Assembly (NCBI GenBank): GCA_951406725.2
Contig: OX597820.1
Location: forward strand, 73,346,001-73,410,000
Direction: 5' to 3'
Length of the DNA: 64,000 nt
DNA from: Octopus vulgaris
Taxonomy: Eukaryota
The notes under the pieces are model-generated. The model was not told the origin of the DNA and did not search any database. It was given only the letters and a program-made list of their open reading frames with translations. Each line of letters starts with the position of its first letter. The stretch's first letter is position 1. A program made the translations under genes and the position numbers. This document shows, one piece after another, positions 54,807 to 64,000 of this stretch.

Positions 54807-55134
54807 GTGAAGGCACATGGCTAGTGGTTAGAGCGTCGAGCTTACGATCGTGAGGTTGTGAGCTCGAATCCCGGACCGGGCTGCGTGTTGTGTTCTTGAG
54901 CAAGACACTTTATTTTCACGTTGCTCCAGTTCACTCAGCTGTAGAAATGAGTTGCGACGTCACGAGTGCCAAGCTGTATCGGCCCTTGCCTTTCCCTTGG
55001 ATAACACTGGTGGCGTGGAGAGGTACGCATGGGCGACTGCTGGTCTTCCATAAACAACCATGTCCAGACTTGTGACTAGGAGGGTAACTTTCTAGGTGCA
55101 ATCCCATGGTCAGTGTCGTCACCGAAGGGGGTCC
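54807..55134 (+). mobile_element. tRNA-derived SINE (related to 35350-35480 and 16688)
   Basis: TGGCTAGTGGTTAGAGCG...GAGCTCGAATCCC head, TTGAGCAAGACACTT body. Confidence 0.75.
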
Positions 55135-56431
55135 CGGATCCCGGATGTATAAGCGCACACACACACACATATATATGTATATATGTATACGCGCACACAC
55201 ACACACACACACACGTGCGCACGCCCACGCACACAGAGTTGAAGAATGGCTGAAACAGTCAAGGATTATCACAGTGCGACATTGCTATGGCGGGGTCTTA
55301 TTGGAGTGCAAATACTCCAGCCATACATAAATTTCCCTATAGCGATTTCAGTATAACAAGAGTATATACAAAAGTTTAAAGGGTAGGGTAAATGTTTCTA
55401 GTTCTTTTCTTTTTTTCTCTTTCCTTTTCAAGCTTTGAGAATTCTTGATATATCCTATTCAGTGTTCAAGTCTTGGTTGATTTCCAGGATCACTCCAGTA
55501 AATGATGGTCATCTTTAAGTTTGATAAGTCTCCAATGACTTCAAAGGAAGTTTTACTCAGCAAATGCGTTCCTTCAGGTCGAAGACAGAAAATTGCACCT
55601 CTTACTAACCACATGGGTCCGGGTTCAGTCTCACTGCGTGGCACTTTGGGCAAGTGTTTCCTACTATAGTCTCAGGCCGACCAAAGCAGTGGTTCTAGGA
55701 TCAAAACAATGACCTGCCAAATATTGCCCTCTTTACTCATACAGGACGTGCAACTGTCGTCTTGGTCTTTCGGAGAAACTTCGCATAGTGTAAAAGCCAA
55801 TTCTATACTTTGAAATGAATTGTCAATTTGCTGCTATCAACGAGGTTCTTTCTTGTAGCTAATACCATTCTATAAGCTTTATTTCACATATTGAAGTAGC
55901 ATGTTGTACTCTTTAATTAATTATTAGTTATTAAATTATTAACTGTAAATACCATTTCATAAATTTTCAGCTGGTCATTAATTAAACAATATCTATTTAT
56001 TCACAACGCAGACAAATCAGAAGAACCGGAAGTGCTACTCATAAATATGAATTGTTTACTTAATTGCAAGCAGTCAAAATTACAACTACGCAAATTTAAG
56101 TATCCACTATGGTGCTAGCCTAATTTATGACAATTTCGTAAACAACTGAGTTATTGATTAATGAAGGAATCTGCGAACGTCTTCTGTGAGAAGTGTTCAA
56201 CAAACCATGAAACCGTTTGTTTGGAGACTCAACTCTTTTTCGGGACTTCAGTAATATAGAAAGAATATGCTTACATTCTTATTTAACTTACAGTAAGGCT
56301 TAATATATATATAGATACTTAGATGTGCATACATATGTGTGTGTTTTTGTATGTGTATGCATGCGTTTATTTATATATAGTTGATAGAGATATAACACAC
56401 ACACACGCGCATATACATTACATATATTGAT

Positions 56432-56818
56432 CAGGAGTGGCTGTGTGGTAAGTAGCTTGCTAACCAACCACATGGTTCCGGGTTCAGTCCCACTGCGTGG
56501 CATCTTGGGCAAGTGTCTTCTGCTATAGCCCCGGGCCGACCAATGCCTTGTGAGTGGATTTGGTAGACGGAAACTGAAAGAAGCCTGTCGTATATATGTA
56601 TATGTGTGTATGTGTGTGTGTTTGTCTCCCTAGCATTGCTTGACAACCGATGCTGGTGTGTTTACGTCCCCGTCACTTAGCGGTTCGGCAAAAGAGACCG
56701 ATAGAATAAGTACTGGGCTTACAATGAATAAGTCCCGGGGTCGATTTGCTCGACTAAAGGCGGTGCTCCAGCATGGCCGCAGTCAAATGACTGAAACAAG
56801 TAAAAGAGTAAAAGAGTA
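56432..56818 (+). mobile_element. SINE family A, young full-length copy
   Basis: Nearly identical to the 11287 copy. Confidence 0.9.
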
Positions 56819-56834
56819 ATATTCTCTTTCTCAC

Positions 56835-56911
<77 letters not shown>

Positions 56912-58045
56912 TCACACCCATTTAAATACACACACGTGTGTTTATAAGCATGTTTTTCTCTCCCCATAGATCTCTCTAATCACAAACTCAGTACAACTCC
57001 AAGCAAAAATTAACAGCAGTAAACAAGTAATGCAATAAAAATTTTACAAAATGACAACAGCGTAACAACAACAACAACAACAACAGCAGCAGCAGCAACA
57101 ACAACGACGATGACGACCATGATGATGATGATGATGATGATGATGATAATGAAAGCTAAAACAAAACAAAAATGTCTATATGAAGTTGTTTGAAATCGTT
57201 TGTTTTCGTTCTAACTGCTGCATGCCTGCACAACGAACGGGTCGGTTGGGATGGTTTGCAAGATGACATGGATGAAAAAAACAAAACAAAAAAAAACAAC
57301 GATGTTTAAAAAAATGGCCCCGTGGTGAATGAAAGGCTATATGGGCAAAACAAAAAAAAATAATTAAAAAAAACCGAATAAACATTAAAAATACCAAATG
57401 ATATAAAAACAGCAACATATAAATATATATAACAAAAACACAAAATGACAAAAATTGCGACGATGTTTGGAAGGAGGAGGAGGAGGAGGAGGAGGAGGAG
57501 AAAGTATTGGGTATTTGAGTGAACTCTGCTATGTCAGAGTGGGTAAATTTGATGGTGGTGTTAGTGTGGGGTGGTGGTGACTGTGACATCTAAGCGAAGA
57601 GAGAGAGAGAGAGAGGGGAAAGAGAGAGAGAGAGAGGGGAAAGAGAGAAAGAGAGAGAGAAGAGGATGGAGCAAGAAGGGAGTGATAAGGAGAGGGTGAT
57701 CGAGTAGTGGTGGTGACGGCGGCGTTACGGTGATGGGGAGATGGATAAGAATGGGCGGTGGGAGGGGGTGGGGGGATTTGGGGGTTTTGAAAGAGGAAGA
57801 TGAAGGGGGTGCATAGCTAGCTGGCTGGCTGGCTGGCTGGCTGGTTGGCTTGCTAAGAACACGTGGGTCGAGAACTTGAAAGAGGATCGGTGGTGGCGGG
57901 TGGGTTCGGGGTAGCAGCGATGTGTGTACGGGTAGGGGTAGATGGCGCGGGGTGGTGGAGGTGGTGGGGGTGGTAGGGTAAGCAATGACTTCACACGGGG
58001 TGGAGCACACAACGCTAACCTCCCCTCCCCATCTTCTCCACCTCC

Positions 58046-58101
<56 letters not shown>

Positions 58102-58379
58102 ACTGCTACTGATATTTTAATTTAACGCTGTTGTTGTTGTTGCCACAAGCTCCCACCAGCATGTGCGCAATAATCAGCGCACGCCAATATAATTTGTATT
58201 GTTGTTATTTTTATGGTTGATCCTCCACCGCCTCATTCTGGCGACATCTCTCAAAGTGAGACATTATCATTGCAGACAGACCTATGAACAAAGGCGTTCC
58301 AGCCATGACCATCCCGTTTTTCTCTTTTGCTCTCTTATACTTGTTTACAGAAACAAGTAAAAGAGCAAAAGAGAAAAAC

Positions 58380-58883
58380 AAGTCATTTGACTTGTGTCAG
58401 TCAATTGACTGCGGCCATGCTGGAGCACCGCCTTGGATGGTTTTTAGTTTTAAAAAAATCTACCCCACCACCACTCCGCCAACAAGACTCATTTTCTAAC
58501 GCTTATTACTTATTCTGTCGCTCTGTTTTGCCGAACCGCTAAGTTGCGGGGCCATAAACATACCAACACCGGTTGTCAAGCGGTGATGGGGTGACAAATA
58601 CAGACTTTTGTTTGTTTCTTTTTTTGTCCTAAGTGCAGGCATGGCCCTGTGTTTAAGATGATCGCTTTGCGATCACGTAGCTTCGGGGCCAGTTTCACAG
58701 CGCAGTAACTTGGGAAAGTGTCTTTCTCTATAGACCTGGGTCAAGCAATGCTTTAGGAATGAGCTTGGTAGACGGAAACTGTATGGAATCCCGGTGTTCG
58801 TGTGCATATACATGTGTGTGTGTATGTGCGTGTGCCCCAGTATGGCCACAGTCCAATGACTAAAACAAGCAAAAGGTAAAACA

Positions 58884-58960
<77 letters not shown>

Positions 58961-58964
58961 TATG

Positions 58965-59002
<38 letters not shown>

Positions 59003-59625
59003 CATGTATATGTATATATATATAGGTGCGGCTGTGTGGTAAGAAGCTTGCTTCCCAACTACATGGTTTCGGGTTCAGTCCCACTGTGTGGCACCTTGCC
59101 TTCTACTACAGCCTCGGGTCGACCAAAGCTTTGTGAGTGGATTTGGTAGACGGAAACTGTAACTGTATTTGTGTGTTCGTGTCCCCCCCCCCCCCCACTA
59201 ACATCGCTTGACAACCGATGCTGGTGTGTTTACGTCCCCTTAACTTAGCGGTTCCGCGAAAGAAACCAATAGGAAAAGTACTACGCTTACAAAGAATAAG
59301 TCCTGGGGTCGATTTGTTCGACTAAAGGCGGTGCTCCAGCATGGCCGCAGTCAAATGACTGAAAACAAATAAAAGAAATAAAAGAAACTTACAAAGAAAC
59401 ACAAACAAACAAACACACAAACGTATGCATGTGCTTGTCCCCCACCACCGCTTGACAACCGGTCTTGGTTTGTTTACGTCCCCGTAACTTAGCGATTTCG
59501 GCAAATAAGACCGATAGAATAATTGCCAAACCTAGAATATAAATAGTGGAGTCGATTTCTTCGGCTAAACCCATCAATACGGTGTGCTCCAGCAGGGCCG
59601 CAGCCCAATGACTGAAACAAGTTGA
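58380..59625. mobile_element. Cluster of ~4 family A SINE copies/fragments in both orientations
   Basis: 58380-58600 (-), 58630-58880 (+), 59024-59385 (+), 59430-59625 (+). Confidence 0.78.
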
Positions 59626-61617
59626 CGATATAGTGTATCTAGGACTACATTATTCAATGTGTTCCTTCTTTTTACTGATAATTTATTATTAGCATAGACT
59701 AAGAAGCTTGAGGGAGACCTGGCTACTGTTTCTCCCTTGGGGGGGGGGGGCGACTATATGCATGTTTCATTGTTGATCTGTATTGCAGGTGCTGCCGTTG
59801 TTGTTGTTGATATTGGTGGTGGTGGTGGTGGTGGTTAACTCCAAGTCAACTCTGATGGAGCAAATTCTCTGGTGGTGCCGATTTATGGTCAGAAACAATC
59901 CAACTTTGGCCACCACCCAAACGAAAGAACTACGCCATGTCTGTTCGATTTATTAAGAATAGCAAACAAACGTCTCTTGAATCACACCTTGTCGTTCGTA
60001 AAGATAAATACAAAGACAAACAAACAAACAAATAAATAAACAAATAAAACAAATAATAAATAAATGAATAAATAAATAAATAAATGAATAAATAAATAAA
60101 TAAATAAACAGGCTGACTCTCAGAGAAAGTCTGAAATAGAAGATGGGATGTTTATAGGTAGAATTTTTTTTATTTTTTTATTGTAAGTGTGCTCAGAAAC
60201 GGCTAACTAGGGAGTTAAACAACAGCAACAACAACAATAGCAAAAGCTAAGTCTATTTAGGGGTACGTAGGATTACTTTACCCAATCTATACAAGGCGCA
60301 GAGTATGATATGAGGGAGATTTAGCTGTTATTTCTAGCAGGTTGAGAGAAAGCACGCCCTGCCAGGCTCCATCGTTGACTGGTACCTCACAGTTTTGTAC
60401 GTTGTGTGTGACAAGGAGTTGAGTCTATTTGGACAGTGGAAATTCATCGATATAGAGAGGACGGCAGCAGCTAGCTCTGCTCAAGTGAGTTCGTTTATTA
60501 TTATTATTTTTCCCCCTCTTTTCTTCTTCTTCTTCTTCTTCTTCTACAGCTGTCTGGAGTAAACAGTGGCTACCATAAGCAAAATTTCCCAGGCTAGTAC
60601 AATTAATAATGCGGTAACCCTGAGTTATAAATGAAACTATACCTTTGTAACACAACTTTACCCAACTACAACGATTTATACGACCAGCCAACCAACCAGC
60701 CAGTCAGTCAAGTGACGAATAAGAAAGAGAGAGAGAGAGAGAAAGAGATAGAAAGAAAGAAATAACCCGGACGGACGGAATCATTTTACAAACTAGGGGG
60801 GTGAAAAGAGAAGGCAGCAGCAGCAGATCGGACGGGTTGGCAAGGCAGACGAACGGGCAGACGGGCTGGCGGTTTGTATTAGGTCGCTATCGGACACATT
60901 CTGGTAGAAACTGTTCTTGTGGCACCGTCACTGCCGCTTGCTGCAGCTGCTGCTGCTGCTGCTGCTATTGCTGCTCGTTCGACTACTGCTCTTATCGATT
61001 ACGGACCATTCCAGTTGTTTGGTTCCGCCGTTCTTGGCATCGTTTACTCCATCCAGCACCAGTCACATCATAGAAATAACGCTCGCGCATACACACGAAC
61101 ACACGGTATACAATGCATATATGAGACTATATGAAGCAACAGCCGGTTTCTTTTCTTTCATTCCAAACATCTACAATTATTATTAACACGTTGGTAAATT
61201 CCAATATTCATATATACATACACACGTTTAAAAGAAGAATATTGTAGTTATATATATTTATCGTTTTAATTTCTTTTTACGGGGAAGAATTAATTTTCAA
61301 CAAAGCCGTCAACACATCAAAGAAAAAGAAACAAAACTATTGCTATGAATGTTCGTCTTTTATATACATTATAAAAATTATAAAATATAATATAATATAA
61401 TATAATATATTACATTATATTATACATTTGAGTTTGAATTCTATCTACTTTACCTTGCACACGCACGTACACAAAACAGAAGGCGGTGGTGTCATTCTAT
61501 ATATTGACTTAAAATAAATAACAAGGAAAAAGTCAATGAAAGCGATGGACGGATGAAATAAGGAGAGAGATATAGAAAAAAGGGGGAGAAATAGAGAGGG
61601 AACTAGAGGGGGGAAAC

Positions 61618-61661
<44 letters not shown>

Positions 61662-61871
61662 ACAGAGGCAAAAAGGATGGAAGAAGTTGAGTAAGGAAAT
61701 TACAAAGATCTCCACAACAGCAGAGTCAACAAACGAACAAAGTAAGTTGCACTTTTACTGTTTATTACTGTTTATTATTTGCTTTTGTTGTTGTTCGCTT
61801 GTTTTTGTTTTTTTTATCAAAACCGATTGATGAATTTTTGCTACATTTATGAAATTACAGGTAAACGTTGT

Positions 61872-61913
<42 letters not shown>

Positions 61914-61940
61914 AAAATATATTACGAACACACTTGTGAG

Positions 61941-61970
<30 letters not shown>

Positions 61971-61973
<3 letters not shown>

Positions 61974-62105
61974 TATAATTAAGGGTATCTAAGAGATAGC
62001 ACCATGCTAGAGATAGCAGTTAAAACTTGACTCTAAAGAGAGTCAAGTTTTGACTGCTATCTCTAGCATGGTGGTGGTATCTCTAAGATACCCTTAATTA
62101 TAATT
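61971..62105. repeat. Near-perfect ~64-bp-arm hairpin next to (TA)n
   Basis: AAGGGTATCT...TTGACTCT-aaag-AGAGTCAA...AGATACCCTT. Confidence 0.9.
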
Positions 62106-62592
62106 ATAATAATAATTATTACCTATAAGGTTTTTATTCCCATGCTGGCCACTTGATATGATCCGTATTTTAAATAACGATCTTATCCTTATCTCTCTAT
62201 ATAAAATTTATGTATATATATACACGTGTATGTATACATATATGAGTGTGCATATATGTATACATATACATGCGTAATGTGTATATATACAAGTACCCAA
62301 ATGAAAATAAACATAGGTGTGTGTGTGTGTGTGTGTAAGTATATAGGCATATATATTTGAATGTATGTAACCATGTATGTTTGTGTAGTGTGTATGTATA
62401 TATTGATATATGTATATGTATGTGTGTTTGTATGTATTTGTATGCATCTCTGTATATCGATGTATAATGTGTGGTGTAAGTCTATATAAGAGAGGCGTGC
62501 GTAAATGAAATTGTTTACGTTCGTGTATATGTAAAAAAATAATAAAGTATATCTCTCTCGCTCAGTCTCTCACTTGCCTGTCTATCTATCTG

Positions 62593-62634
<42 letters not shown>

Positions 62635-62789
62635 TTCACAGATATAAATGGCTACATATATAAATAATATGGATGCATACATGCATATGTTGGCTTGTGT
62701 CTCTAGACACATAGGTATATTTACAAACACACAGATATACATACATACGTACGACAGACGGTGAGAGAACGGTTTAAATATATTTGCAC

Positions 62790-62837
<48 letters not shown>

Positions 62838-62842
62838 ATACA

Positions 62843-62882
<40 letters not shown>

Positions 62883-63258
62883 ACACACATCCATACACCA
62901 CATACACATTGCTTACATGTGCGTTTGTGTCTATAACATTAAATGTACGGCTTAATGTAAAGAGTAAGTATATAGATATATATATATATACACTATATGA
63001 ATGAACTTGTGTGTGTGTGCGTGTGTGTGTGTGTGTGTGAATGTGAATTGAAGCATATTGAAGGTAGAAATCCCGGCGACCAACTGATGCTATCCGGTTT
63101 CGATTTCCACTCAGTAACTCGTCTCTCCGGTTACTGGCTAATGGGTCTGGCGGAGGAACGAGCGTCAAATTATCTCATTTTTCCGTTTTGGAGAAAGTAT
63201 TATAAACAATACACACACACACAAAACACACGCTCGCACGCACATATGTATATGCATG

Positions 63259-63342
63259 TATAGATAACCATACACATCTTAATGTAAACACACACACATA
63301 TATATATGTGTGTTTACATTAAGATATGTATGGTTATCTATA
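63259..63342. repeat. Fold-back centred on (TA)n
   Basis: TATAGATAACCATAC.CATCTTAATGTAAACACAC / GTGTGTTTACATTAAGAT.TGTATGGTTATCTATA. Confidence 0.85.
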
Positions 63343-63354
63343 TAGATGTATGGT

Positions 63355-63385
<31 letters not shown>

Positions 63386-64000
63386 GCACACACATCTAGA
63401 TGTCTGTGTATATATAATATACATGCACAAACACACACATAAATGTGTGTGTGTGTAGATAGATAGATACATCGATGGGTGGATGGATGGATGGACGACT
63501 ATATATATATATATATATGTGTGTGTGTATGTATGTATGTATGTATGTATGTATGTGTGTGTTCAAATATAAATTTCTATATATAAATATATGTGTGGCT
63601 GTGTGTGTGTGTGTTTCTATATATACATGTTTATGTGGATTCAGATGTTGGCTTACGCGTGTATATGCGTAATATCAGGTCATGTGTACATGTAGACACG
63701 CAGACACACACACTCACACACATGCCCACACATACACCCACACATACACCCACACATACACACATACGCACGCACGCATGCATACACACACTGACAAACT
63801 TATAACTGTGTATGCACATGTCCACGCAATATAAATCGTACGACGTCGAATCAGGCCGGCGTCACTTTAAATTTTCATTTTCCTCTAAATGGTTGAGATT
63901 CGCTGTTGATAAAGGAGAAGAGTGGATAGTCAGGCTATAAGAATGTTAAATCAACTGACACCAGGATTTGAAATCTGATTTACTGAACACACATTCGTAC

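Noticed and set aside
60801-61186. Poly-Ala/Cys/Leu ORFs in a GC-richer segment as a host exon
   Set aside because: Driven by a (GCT)n repeat; no recognisable domain or splice support; could be UTR but cannot be shown
63075-63150. Hairpin followed by GCTAATGGG as an HDV-like ribozyme
   Set aside because: Upstream P1/P3/L3 elements are missing

Overview
AT-rich, microsatellite-saturated eukaryotic non-coding DNA, most likely an octopus (coleoid cephalopod) genome; this is inferred from the tRNA-derived SINE families and the (TA)n/(CA)n/(CATA)n/(GATA)n load. I cannot support any host gene, and nearly all ORFs in the track are microsatellite translations. Recognisable elements are dozens of SINEs in about 3 families, an RTE LINE 3' fragment, R4/Dong-like and CR1-like 3' fragments, a decayed full-length IR/DR Tc1 transposon, mariner/pogo-derived MITEs and a decayed Penelope-like RT fragment. 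The main signal is RNA structure: about 14 hammerhead-ribozyme (HHR) motifs. (1) A near-identical 360-bp tandem array (3.1 units, 49764-50889) has one minimal type-I HHR per unit on the minus strand and a perfect fold-back at one end, consistent with a retrozyme / circular-RNA-derived insertion. (2) Five copies from four sequence-divergent repeat families carry all HHR core elements in a non-circularly permuted, pseudoknotted order, with compensatory changes in the helices; two of these copies sit 843 bp apart in a direct repeat. All structures were paired by eye, activity is untested, and repeat boundaries are approximate.
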